Under the pieces are notes generated by a model. That model did not search any database. It saw nothing but the letters and a program-made list of their open reading frames with translations, and was not told the DNA's origin. From Octopus vulgaris (lineage: Eukaryota), in assembly GCA_951406725.2 (NCBI GenBank), contig OX597814.1, forward strand, positions 153,016,001 through 153,080,000: a DNA stretch of 64,000 nt, given 5' to 3'. The translations under genes and the position numbers were made by a program. Numbering within the stretch: the first letter of the stretch is position 1; every line of letters begins with the position of its first letter. Positions 40,404 through 52,518 of this stretch are shown one piece after another.

Positions 40404-40649
40404 CGCCCTTTTTAAAGTCTAGCCAGGCTCATGGGCCCGGTTTCTCGGTTTGTATGGCGTATGTGTTCCCCAGTTGGACGGGACGCCAGTCCATCGCAGC
40501 GTTACTCATTTTTGCCAGCTGAGTGGACTGGAGTAACGTGAAATGAAGTGTTTTTCTCAAGAACACAATGCGTCGCCCGGTCCAGGAATCGAAACCACAA
40601 TCTTACGATCATGATGCTGATACACTAACCACTAAGCCACGCGCCTCCA
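40404..40649 (-). mobile_element. tRNA-derived SINE family 2
   Basis: Close match to 19205-19454. Confidence 0.85.
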
Positions 40650-40817
40650 CTTGTATATATATAATGATTTCAAATTTTGACACTAGGTCAACAATTCGAT
40701 CACATCGACCCCAGTCTCCAACAGGTACTCATTTTATCAACTCTGAAATGAAAAGCAAAGTCGACCTCAGCAGAATTTGAACTCAGAACGTTGAGACGGA
40801 GGAAATGCTGCTTAGTA

Positions 40818-41456
40818 CAGTAATACCTCACTTTACGAGTTTTATTTTCCGCTCACTTTTCTATGGTGAGCTGAAATTTTTCAAGCACAAGATCAAAATT
40901 TTGAACGAAGTGCAAAGGTTTCTACCACCATAAGAAATGCTTCAGCGTGTTACCGAGAAATGCTAAGCAAACAACTCTAGACTTTTTTTTAAAGAAATCT
41001 ACAAGTCCGTCTACGAGTACTTGTGAATCAACGATCGCGTCTACAAGTGATGGTGTGCGCGAGTTTAGTACGAGTGAAAGAGATTCAGAAAACAATTATA
41101 AAAACACTTTCTATTATAAAAGATCTTGACATTCTTTTTACTTTATGCAAAATATTCATTACGAAGAGAATCCTTGTGGTCATTCAAACTTCTTGAATAA
41201 CATCCAAATTCTCCCTCCAAATCACGCACTACCGTCTTTAAAATGTAACAATGGATAGTCGTACATTATTCCTGACTTCCAACCACCTACCATTTACTTA
41301 CGAATATTATAAATTTTATAGTTAAAATATTTTTCTGGGAACTAATTACGATTTATTGCAACATTGCGACAATGGGGATTATTGCTCTGTTTTATGACTT
41401 TTCGCTTTACGAGAGGTGCCCGGAAACAAAATAACTCGTATATCGAGGTGTTACTG
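40818..41456. mobile_element. Tigger/pogo-like MITE nested in a family-1 SINE (~40670-41498)
   Basis: TA|CAGTAATACCTCACTTTACGAG ... CTCGTATATCGAGGTGTTACTG|TA; the SINE head resumes on both sides. Confidence 0.85.
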
Positions 41457-41707
41457 TATTTTGCCCGGCGTGCTAGCGGTTCTGCCAGCCCGCCGCCTTA
41501 AATTTGTTTATATAATGGCATACAACACAGTGAAGAGAATAACTGTCCAATCACCACTCGATAAACCAGTCTTCATTTCTTAGATTCCAGCAATGCGGTT
41601 ATAGCTTTGTTAAGTTATACGCAAACTAGTGGAGACGAGAATACATTTATCAAAGATTTATTACTTCACGTACATCAGGGCTTAAGTCGTCAGTTATTTC
41701 TGTTTAG

Positions 41708-42141
41708 GGCTCTTTTCGGTTTGAACGGCAGTTTTTTTCTAGCGGTGTCATATGAAATTGTCACCCATAATTATGACCCTAGTATCGATCTATTGCATTT
41801 CAATCTGTTTTAGGGTTAGGGTTAGTTAGGGTGAGGGTTAGGGGGGAAGGGTATCTTTTTTTCTTCACAAATGTAAATAAACCCAATCTGTTTCTTAAAC
41901 GAGGGACATATTCATACGGCACGGAATGTTTTTTACCTCAATAGACATCAATGATTGGTTGAAATTGCAGAAATTGAAGAAAAAAAACAACAAATATCTT
42001 ACAAACTATAGAATTTTCTCAATAAAGCCAAGAGAAAAAGATGTTTTATAAACACATTCTATCAGTATACGAAGTTTAAAATTTTTTAGTTACCTAGAAA
42101 TTATGTTAAAAACTGCCGTTCAAACTGAAAAGATCCGATCC
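41708..42141 (+). mobile_element. Merlin-like MITE, family B
   Basis: GGCTCTTTTCGGTTTGAACGGCAG...; TSD CTGTTTAG/CTGTTTAA (41700-41707, 42142-42149); TTAGGG tract ~41810-41845. Confidence 0.9.
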
Positions 42142-42891
42142 CTGTTTAATTCATTCAGATTCGTTTCATACTCACTGTTGACATTCTTTGGTTTTTCCTT
42201 CTCCTACCGGAAGTCTCTTTTGTTTTCCCGCTGACCAACTTCCTAGCTAGACCGCAGCGAAGTTTCTGTCTACAGTTCGTCTGTCACGAATCCTGCTCTA
42301 CGCTGTGTTACATATGAACACAACAGAAGGGACGTTAAGTTTCAAAGAAGTAAATATTGTGCCATGCGTGGATTTTCCGACAATCTCTTTTCAACTTACT
42401 TATAAGTTTACATAACATATGAGAGTCTTTCTACGAAATAAAGATGATTTTATCGAAATGGTTCGGCATTTGTTTTCTTTTCGCTTTGTTGACTGTCACT
42501 AAGCAAAAGATCGTCGATGGGTGGTTGGAGGTCAGGAATAATGTATGACTATTCATTGTTACATGTAGTGCGTGATTTGGAGGGGGAATTTGGCTGCTAT
42601 TACCAGAGGTCTGGATAATAACAAGGATTCTCTTCGGTGACTCTCGTTTTCATCATACAACAATGGCAACTCTTCTCACATAACAAAGAAACAGTTATTA
42701 TTTAGTTTGTATATTTTTAATGATTGTTTATTCACTTACGGGACTCAAAATTTGTCCTAATATTAAAATTTTTTGAACAGCCGAAATGTAAGTGAAAGTT
42801 TGGGGCGATATTTTGCATTACCACTGTTAACTAAAACGAAAATATTATCGTCGTGAAAATTTCCAAGAAAACACCGGAGAAGGGACAAATG

Positions 42892-43297
42892 GGATCTCTG
42901 TTTGAATGGCAGGTTTTAACATAATTTCTAGGTAACTAAAAAATGTTAAACTTCGTATACTGGTAGAATGTGTTTATAAAACATCTTTTTCTCTTGGCTT
43001 TATTGAGAAAATTCTATAGTTTGTAAGATATTTGTTGTTTTTTCTTCAATTTCTACAATTTCAACCAATCAATGACGTCCATTGAGGTAAAGAACATTCT
43101 GTGCCGTATGAATATGTCCCTCGTTTAAGAAACAGATTGGGTTTATTTACATTTGTAAAGAAAAAAGATACCCTTCCCCCCACCCCTAACCCTAAAACAG
43201 ATTGAAATGCAATAGATCGATACTAGGGTCATAATTATGGGTGATAATTTCAAATGACACCGCTAGATAAAAACTGCCGTTCAAACCGAAAAGATCT
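42892..43297 (-). mobile_element. Merlin-like MITE, family B
   Basis: Perfect TSD GACAAATG (42884-42891, 43298-43305); CCCTAACCCTAA inside. Confidence 0.9.
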
Positions 43298-43536
43298 GAC
43301 AAATGTATATTTTTAATAACGCTCTTAAGTAGAGTATGTAATTATTTAAAACATATATTTTAACTATGATAATATTTGTTTTAATAGCAGTTGGTTCTTG
43401 TATAGACGATGAAACAAAAAAGCCTGCACATAACGTTCAGAAATAATCTGATGGAGTCACCACTATATTAAATCAATACTATTGTTGTTAATATAGAGTG
43501 AATAAGGCCCACACGCACACAAACAATCACGCAGCA

Positions 43537-43608
43537 GGTTCTATGGTGTAATGGTTAGCACTCTGGACTCTGAATCCAGCGATCCGAGTTCAAGTCTCGG
43601 TAGAACCT
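43537..43608 (+). tRNA. trnQ-CTG: tRNA-Gln (anticodon CTG)
   Basis: GGTTCTATGGTGTAATGGTTAGCACTCTGGACTCTGAATCCAGCGATCCGAGTTCAAGTCTCGGTAGAACCT followed by a TTTTCTTTTT terminator; same sequence as the 2378-2449 copy. Confidence 0.97.
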
Positions 43609-44271
43609 GATTTTCTTTTTGATATGTTTACCGGTTTTTTGGGGTTTTTTTTTTTTCATTTTTGTCAAGGCCAATAACTGAAACAGGTAAAAGGTGAGAA
43701 TTATAGGATGCCAGCCTTTGTTAAAAATTACATCCAGCTTGCTGTGTAAATAGAGAGCCTCTTGTTATAATGGCTGTCACTGCAAGATGAAACCAAGAAC
43801 AGCTCCATTAATTTCAAGAGAAAGATATGTGTGAGTGTGTACGCGTGAGAGATGGCTTTCATTTCCGAGTCCCACATAGGAACATGTTAGCAGAAGACTT
43901 GCTCTGAAGAAATAAATCCAAACCAGGGTGGAATTCAGCAGCTCAGATTCTCCATTTAATGAATATTTCTTGAAACAGGATCCTGTGGGAACGACCCAAA
44001 CAAAATTTTACATCATATATTAGATGAGATAATGACTTTTTGGTTAGTCATACGCCGTTATCACGGATATATTTGACTAATAGATATTAGTATTTCGAAA
44101 TCAGGCATCTACTACTAATTCCGCTCTCAAGACTTTGGCCAGTTCTAGTCTATAGTAGAAGACACGGCAAGACTTCCTTTTGTACCCCCACCACCAAAAA
44201 CACCCCTTTTTAAAATTTAATTTTTTTTTCTACATAAACCCCCGTTTTCGACTACGGAGAATACGAATCTG

Positions 44272-44697
44272 GGATCTTTTCGGTTTGACCGACAGTTTTT
44301 AAAAATAATTTCCACGTAACTAAACACTTTTAAACTTCGTATACTGGTAGAATGTGTTTATAAAACATCTTTTTCTCTTGGCTTTACTGAGAAAATTCTA
44401 TAGTTTGTAAGATATTTGTTGTTGTTTTTCTTCTATTTCTGCAATTTCAACCAATCATTGACGTCTATTGAGGTGAAAACATTCTGTACTGTATGAATAT
44501 GTCCCTCGTTTAAGAAACAGATTGGGTTTATTTACATTTGTGAAGAAAAAAGATACCATTCCCCCCACCCCTAACCCTAACTAACCCTAACCCTAAAACA
44601 GATTGAAATGCAATAGATCGATACTAGGGTCATAATTATGGGTGACAATTTCATATGACACCGCAAGAAAGAACTGCCGTTCAAACCGAAAAGATCC
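44272..44697 (-). mobile_element. Merlin-like MITE, family B, nested in family C
   Basis: GGATCTTTTCGGTTTGA...TCAAACCGAAAAGATCC; perfect TSD CGAATCTG (44264-44271, 44698-44705). Confidence 0.92.
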
Positions 44698-44861
44698 CGA
44701 ATCTGCAGAAAAATTGGCAAAAATTGGCATTTTGAAATTACCCTTCCCCACCCCAAAATTCTTCATTTATAACTTTTTACTGATTTTTTTTTTTCAAAAT
44801 ATGCGGAAAAATACGGAGATTATGATTCTGAAAAAAAATTCCAAAAATGTTTCTACTTACG

Positions 44862-45168
44862 GTTAGGTTTAGGGTTTTAGGGTTAGGGTTAGGGTTAAGG
44901 TTTTAGGGCTAGGGTTAGGGTTAAGGTTTTAGGGTTAGGATTAGGGTTTTAGGGTTAGGGTTAAGGTTTTAGGGTTAGGGTTAGGGTTTTAGGGTTAGAG
45001 TTACGGGAAAAAATGCAAAATGAAGAAATTGGAGGTTAGATTTAGGGTTTTAGGGTTAGGGTTAAGGTTTTAGGGTTAGGGTTAGGGATAAGGTTTTAGG
45101 GTTAGAATTAGGGTTTTAGGGTTAGGATTAGGGTTTTAGGGTTAGGGTTAGGGTTTTAGGGTTAGAGT
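44862..45168 (+). repeat. Interstitial telomere-like tract (TTAGGG with TTAAGG, TTTTAGGG, TTAGGA variants)
   Basis: Two blocks, each followed by TTACGGG(G)AAAAAATGCAAA. Confidence 0.95.
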
Positions 45169-45774
45169 TACGGGGAAAAAATGCAAAGTAAAGAAATTGG
45201 AGGGAAGGGAGTAAGGGGCGGGGCAAAAATTTCAAAATTCTGATTTTTGGCAATTTCCGGAATCTCCGTATCCGAAAACGTGGGTTTTTGGCAATTTCCG
45301 GAATCTCCGTATCCGAAAACGTGGGTTTTTGGCAAAAAAATTTTTTTTAGAAAACAATAATTTGCGAGAAAAAATGGCATGGGAGGACGGGGTCTTTCCG
45401 AAGACACTTGCCCAGGGTGCCAAACAGTGGAACTATGTGGTTGGGAAGCCACCTTCTTACCGCACAGCTACGCTATGCACCGACGTTTATTTCACTGGGT
45501 TTTTTTTTAATCTTCCCTTCATGCTATATCTGTAACACGAAGAGAACTTTAATTGAAGAAACGTATGACAGTGCTTTTTCAATGCGCTTAACTCAACCAG
45601 TTTTCTGGATGTTATAACTGAAATTCGTTTTTTTTTTTTTTTTTTTCTGTCTGAGGAAATTACTGAGTCATTGAAACCTGTTCCTTACAAATTTCGGAAG
45701 AAAAGACATCCTGTTTAACCACACTAAATTATTGTATCACTTAGGTTAGTAGAAGGCAACACGTCTGGTGCACA

Positions 45775-45848
<74 letters not shown>

Positions 45849-46499
45849 CACATTTTCAACATAACTCTACTTCCACAAATTTCTGGCTTCCTCTCTACCT
45901 ATTATTTTCTTTAACAAATCAATAAAGCAACCTCTGCATGGTTGCTCGATCTCCTAGAAATAGCAGCAAAATCATTAAATCACATCTGTATGAGATACAC
46001 ACTGATTTCCGGTGGCGGCTCATATACGGGAACTGTGGGACTGCAGCGCCTTCTATTTCCACTCGATATTATCGATAATATTCAATATAATGAGTCTTCT
46101 ACCTTTAATTCTTTCTCTATACGTGTACATTATATAATCCTTAAGCTTAATGTCAGTAGCCATCCTTTGTGTAGAACTGTACGCTTCACAGTTCCAGTGA
46201 CGCGGTATTTGGCTGTTGTGTGCACACTCACATGTTTGAGATAGGAGAGATTCTATATAACAACATTTGTATTTACTGCCAGCTGATCGAAGTTGTGAAA
46301 AACTTCGTAATGATTGAATAAAATCTATATGCATGAATTATCTCTTGCGTTGATTTCTTTCATTATTTTTTTTTCAATGCCTCAGGAAATTATTAACTAT
46401 ACAACACGCAGCCTTTTCTCATCCGGACTTTTTTCTACATGCTACACGCAGCCTTACCCAAACTTATTAGGTACAATTGTATCATCACACACTGAATCA

Positions 46500-46853
46500 T
46501 CTCTCTATATATAAACGGCAAAATGTCGGTCTGTGTGTGTGTCCTTTATACAAATCCACAATTTTTCACTTTCTATGGTCATTCAAAACCGTCCATGGGT
46601 GGTCGTGCACATCTTTACATTTCCCCAGTCACCCCGCAAAGCCATTAAAAAAATCAATAGAAGTGACTTTTTTGTGAATTTTCTATCCAAAACCCAATTA
46701 AACTGCCCGAAACTTGATATGCCAATTGAATGCCAGCTAGCTGTATGTGATTGGTCGGAGATTTGGACAGTACTCGCGTGTATGTGCGCACGCACGCAGC
46801 TGTATATGCATGCACTAGCACTATGACCCGGCGTTGCCGGGTCATAGTGCTAG
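46500..46853 (+). mobile_element. Non-autonomous Helitron with fold-back 3' end
   Basis: A|TCTCTCTATATATAAA ... CTAG|T; perfect 19-bp stem at 46814-46854. Confidence 0.88.
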
Positions 46854-47172
46854 TCATTAGATAATTGAGTACTAAATTGACGGGATGATCACTGTTGAAA
46901 TGTATTAGATATTGTCTATTTGATCAAGGATGATCTGGAGCTAAACAACAATTTTCCTTGAGATTTCACTCACCTCATCATTCTCAACCCCTTTCATTAT
47001 GTTGGTCAATTTGACATATTTTTTTTAAATTCTACTGTACATGTTACTACCTAAGTTACAGAGGAAACCTAAAGTTATTTCATTCTATAACATATCTTTG
47101 CAATGTCATACAATTGTGGTTGCTAGCGTGTAAACTTCCCACGTTAAATTCTAAATATTTGTAAGAAGTGTC

Positions 47173-48852
47173 TGTAGTGTCGCACAGACGCGCCATATTG
47201 AGTGACAGACGCGCCATATTGAGACCTCGCTGGCAGCCATTAGCTGCTCGAGACCGGATCGAGATCCCACAAACTTCCGGTGTGCATGCGGAACGAGACA
47301 GTAAGCCTTTCCGGAAGGACACCTATCTAAGACAGCTCTTGAACTTGTTCACTCTCTGTTCCCGCGCGCCTCTCTAACCGTCGTGCCTTGTCCCGGTTTG
47401 TAGCTGACCAAGTTAGAGCGGATCCTTTTCCACTTTTTGTGGGGAGGTAAAACCCCACTTGTGAGGCGCTCTATCTGTTGCCAGAAACCGTTAAAGGGTG
47501 GGCTGGGGATGCCCTGGCTAATGATGCGCAAGTACGCGCTGAAGCTGAGACATCTCCAGTGCCACCTGGATGGTGAGCAGGTGTGGTCATCGCATGCTAA
47601 AGTTAAAGTCCATTGTGGACTTAGGTGCATGGATCACATGGAGACCCCTTTTTGGGAGAATGGCGGGAGGAGTGCAGACAAGCACTTTCCCTCTTCTCAC
47701 AAGTGAGCAATGCTGACAGCAGAGTTACCACAGCGGATTTTTATAGCAGGTTGGTAGAGCATAAGTCCAACGATGTCCTGGGGGAGACTCTAGGCTGGGG
47801 GAAGCAGCTAGCCAGCCTGTTTGGAAGGACATTCGGGTCGAAATTTCTGGATAATTACCAGATATCCTTGACTTGGTTGTGCTACCGATCGGCCTTACCG
47901 GTTCGGGAAAGGTTGTCAAGGCATTGTTATGATACCTCCCCCACGTGTCCGAGGTGCGGGCGTGTCAGTAAAACGGTCACGCACGCCTTCGTACACTTTG
48001 AGGAATTGAGGGAGTTGATGGCCTATGCCGAACAGCTGGTGTCGGATATAGAAAGAGTACGGCTCTCGACTGAGTCCATGATAAAGATTATACCACCTTC
48101 CTCTTTCTCCAAAGAAAAGAAGGCAGTATTTCTCTGTGTAATAACCATATTGAAAGACGTGGTATGGAAGACGCGAATAAAAGGGATTGCGACAGGCCAA
48201 TTCATCTCCGGAAATAGGCTGGTGGGTTACTTCGCCGCCCATCTTTCCCACAAGATCCGTCTGGAGAGGAGGAGCTTGCCGCAAAGAGTATTTTGAAAAA
48301 GATGGCCGGAAGTAGTAAGAAAGATGAGAACGCAAGGAGTCGTGCAGACACGGTCGGTCCGAGCATAGAAGATCAGGAAAGATTACCAAAAGGAAATCAA
48401 CCGGCGAGTTAGTTCACTAACCCGAACCCTATAAATAGTAATAATTTAACATCTAAATTTTAACTCTATAACATCCATATCCATAAACTCATTCGTGTTT
48501 AATCTGTTGTAAGAGTGTGTCTGACCCTTATATGTCCTAGTCTATCCTTGTTTGTCCGCTCTATGTATTCTTTTTAATAAGGAATAAAGAAAATCTGTTC
48601 CCACGCGCCTCTCGCGCTAGAAGCAGCTCGTCTCACTAGCAGCAACTCGCTGCCTCACACAACACGGCGGACAATACACGACGCTAGAAATGGTTAACGA
48701 GAGCCAAACTTTGAGCCTGTAAATAAATGCTATTCGGATTTGTTATCTCACTTTATCTTCGACTTGATACTTCGTTTGACTGGATTTAAATTTATAATGA
48801 GAGACACAAGATGCCTTACCAGTATCTTGGCCAGCAATGGCCTCCCGTTATA
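47173..48852 (+). mobile_element. Solo LTR (~440 bp net) interrupted by a LINE
   Basis: Starts TGTAGTG, ends GTTATA (decayed CA); 4-bp TSD TGTC (47169-47172, 48853-48856); AATAAA at ~48722; 5' part resembles the LTR at 53355. Confidence 0.72.
47375..48593 (+). mobile_element. Tx1/L1-clade LINE, 5'-truncated ORF2 C-terminus plus 3' UTR
   Basis: FLWGGK...GGLGMP, W...LPVRERL...CPRC...TVTHAF (zf-RVT); 20-bp TSD TCTGTTCCC(G/A)CGCGCCTCTC at 47355-47374 and 48594-48613. Confidence 0.9.
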
Positions 48853-49527
48853 TGTCTGTTGCAAAAGGATTTCAGCCACTCTACTGCTAAATCATAAATA
48901 ATTTCCTACTGTTGTTATTAAATGCAATAAAATGATTTTTTGCCGAAAGACCAACAAGTATTAGGCAAAAAAAATGGATAGTTTTTTCCCAAGGCGTGTT
49001 ATCCGCAGACGACAGCTAGATTTTCAACCACGTAATACAGCCATTGTGAATTTGTCAGTCGCTTTATCGAGGTCAACGTACTCAGAAATACTGCAGATTG
49101 GTTGAATATCTGACTTCTACTAAAATACAGAAAACAAGCAATAAAAGGAAATTTTTGTTTTTGTTGTTGCTAAATTTTTCACAGATTAATGTGCAAACTT
49201 TATTGATGGGGACAATTAGTTTTGAGATGCATAAGAATATATATTTCACAAATTCTCGGGTATAAATTAAGTTATGCTTAGCATAGATGCAACGAGTCTT
49301 AGCTGGATATATTTAGTGACCTAATTACAATAGGTAAAGTGGCTACTCAAGGCCAATGTAAATGTTAGACGGTTTTCATTTTCGTGTAGTTATGTGAACG
49401 AGGAAAACAGAAGTATGGAATGCTGTCAGTATCAAAATGCACAATAAACTCATAATAAGGACCATTCTTCAGACAAATACACGAGAACGCGCACACGCAC
49501 ACACACGCATATATAAATACATCTGTA

Positions 49528-50050
49528 TTGCATGCATGCACATCTTTCATGCATGCATGCAAACCTACATACATACAAACATACATACTTACATGCATGC
49601 ATGCTAACCTACATGCATACATATATACATACATGCATGAATACATGCATGCATGAATGCATGCATGCATATATACATGCATACATACACGCATGCCTGC
49701 ATGTATACATGCATACATAGAAGCATTCATGCATGCATACAAGCATGCATGCATACATACATAGAAACATACATGCATGCATACATGCATGCATGCATAT
49801 ATACATACATGCATGCATATTTACATGCATGCACACATGTATGTATGTATGCATGCATATATATATATATATACATACGTGCATTCATGCATACATACAT
49901 ACATGCATGTATGTATATATATGCATGCATGCATGTATGTATACATGCATGTATGTATGTATATATGCATGCATGCATGTATGTATATATGCATGCATGC
50001 ATACATAAATATATACATACATACATGCATGTATACGTACATACCCATGC
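49528..50050. repeat. Degenerate (CATG/CATA)n satellite
   Basis: About 520 bp of alternating purine-pyrimidine tetramers. Confidence 0.93.
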
Positions 50051-50278
50051 ATACCGGCCTCCCCTCTCCACACCACCAGTGTTATCCAAGGGAAAGGCAA
50101 CAGCAGATACAGCTTGGCACCTGTGACATCGCAACTCATTTCTACAGTTGAGTGAACTGGAGCAACGTGAAATAAAGTGTCTTGCTCAAGAACACAACAC
50201 GCAGCCCGGTCCGGGATTCGAACTCACAACCTCACGATCGTAAGCTCGACGCTCTAACCACTAAGCCATGTGCCTTCA
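50046..50278 (-). mobile_element. tRNA-derived SINE family 5, 3'-truncated
   Basis: Reverse complement of 51664-~51898; embedded between the CATG/CATA satellite and (CATA)n. Confidence 0.88.
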
Positions 50279-50596
50279 CCATACATACATACATACATAC
50301 ATACATACATACATACATACATACATACATACATACATACATACATGCGTGCGTAAGTGGAACAATTAAAGTACGCAAGACTTTTCTAAAGTTCAGTATG
50401 TAGCAGTTATTGCTGTTGTCATCCAGCTTCACCGCGAGGAAGCTTTTGCTTCTTTTTAGAAACTAACTCCTTCTTGCTAGGAAGAATTCCAATGAATAAA
50501 AGAACGTAAAGACAATGGCACACGCACGCGCACATATATGCACACACGCGCGTGCGCACGTACACTCACACATTCATACATACATACATACATACA

Positions 50597-50627
<31 letters not shown>

Positions 50628-51663
50628 CCATACATGCATATATACATACATACATGCGTGAATAAGTGCGTACGTGCGTAAATACATACATACATACATA
50701 CATACATACATACATACATACATACATACATACATACATAGCTGTTTACTAGTTATAAGAGCATGACCATCGCTGGCAACGACAGCAATTTTTGTGCAAG
50801 GGTTTCAAGTCAAGTGCGGCTTGCACAGCACCACAACAACTCTCACTAGCGATACCCAGATGCCCCGAGACAAGCAAAGTTCAATATATTCGGCTTAGTA
50901 GAGCAACGTGTTTTATATGCGAGTTAGCATTCTCCTAGAGGGATGCCTTAACAAAGACCAGGGATCTCTGATTCCCTGTGAGCTTCCCACGCCCTCGACC
51001 ACCAATCCTAGTATTTCTACATTCCGGCGCATGTGTATATGCATATTCTTAAAATGAGTTTAATTCGTTCTATCCTACTTGAGTGGTTATTTTGCTAAAT
51101 AGCACGGCAAGAGTAAAATATAACTAACTAAAAATAAAATAGTGAACATAGCCGTATGTGTTAGCTATTATTAGAATTACAATGAAATAGAAAAGAAACA
51201 ATTCCACTGAAGTGATCTGAACCATGAAACAATGGCTTTCAAGGAAACAATGTTGCAAGGTGCTTGCTTAGCCAATGGTCTCGAAAAAGTGACTAGAATC
51301 TTACTGCTGGTTTATTTTTAGCTATGTTTCATTTTTACTGCTCTATTTTTATCTCTAGAAGATATCCAGTTATTTAGCGCAGCTGAACAAGTTAAATTAC
51401 GTTTATAAATATATTATAGCATACATGTGTTTGTGCTTATTTAATTTTATATTTTTAATAGAAGAATTGTACCTATTCTGACTTCGTATGCTGACACATT
51501 AACTGTGTGACAATGAGATTTTATGTTAAGGGCTTCCTTGACATGAAACCAATGGTAGCCTTAATCCACAAATTAAGTGCATGCATGCATGTATGTATGT
51601 ATGTATGTATGTATGTATGTATGTATGTATGTATGTATGTATGTATGTATGTATGTATGTATG

Positions 51664-52007
51664 TGAAGGCGCATGGCTCAGTGGTTAGAGCGTCGAGCTT
51701 ACGATCGTGAGGTTGTGAGCTCGAATCCCGGACCGGGCTGCGTGTTGTGTTCTCGAGCAAGGCACTTTATTTCACGTTGCTCCAGTTCACTCAGCTGTAG
51801 AAATGAGCTGCGACGTCACTGGTGCCAAGCTGTATCGACCTTTGTCTTTCCCTTGGATAACACTGGTGGCGTGGAGAGGGGAGGCTGGTATGCATGGGCG
51901 ACTGCTGGCCTTCCATAAACAACCTTGCCCGGACTTGTGTCTAGGAGGATAACTTTCTAGGTGCAATCCCATGGTCATTCATGACCGAAGGGGGTCTTTA
52001 CCCCTTT
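51664..52007 (+). mobile_element. tRNA-derived SINE family 5
   Basis: TGGCTCAGTGG A box, GCTCGAATCC B box, body shared with family 2, distinct tail ...GAAGGGGGTCTTTACCCCTTT; (TATG)n on both sides. Confidence 0.9.
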
Positions 52008-52518
52008 TATGTATGTATGTATGTATGTATGTATGTATGTGTATGTATGTATGTATGTATGTATTATGTATGTGTGTGTATGTATGTATGTATGTATGTA
52101 TGTATGTATGTATGTATGTATGTATGTATGCATGACATAAAACGAAATCTTGCTATATCTACAGTGTGAATAATAGTAGCATTTACAGTAAAAATTGAAA
52201 AGATACGAAACATCGACCGACAGGATTAAAGAAAACGATAATGACCAGATAAGTGAAATTTCCAGTAAAATTAACGTGCTAGTGGTTGAAAATTCCACAG
52301 AGATGTATATACCCTTAACTGAATTCTCGAACCAAATCAGGAATCAGTGCGACACAGTGCGACCTTTGAATTACAATCCAGAGAGTGTGAGAGGGTGGCT
52401 TCAACTCCCAGTACTAAACTGGAAACTTACTTATTGATCACGATTTATGAGAAGCAAAGATAGTCACAGTGGAATTTGAACTCAGAGCGCAAAGCGCCAG
52501 AACGAATAAGGCATTATA

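Larger units (their letters stand above)
44166..45399. mobile_element. Merlin-like element, family C, with long telomeric tract, inserted in a family-3 SINE
   Basis: GGCAAGAC...GTCTTTCC termini; perfect TSD GAAGACAC (44158-44165, 45400-45407) splits the SINE motif TAGTAGAAGACACTTGCCC; subterminal inverted repeats (aaacccccgttttcgactacggaga vs tctccgtatccgaaaacgtgggtttt). Confidence 0.82.
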
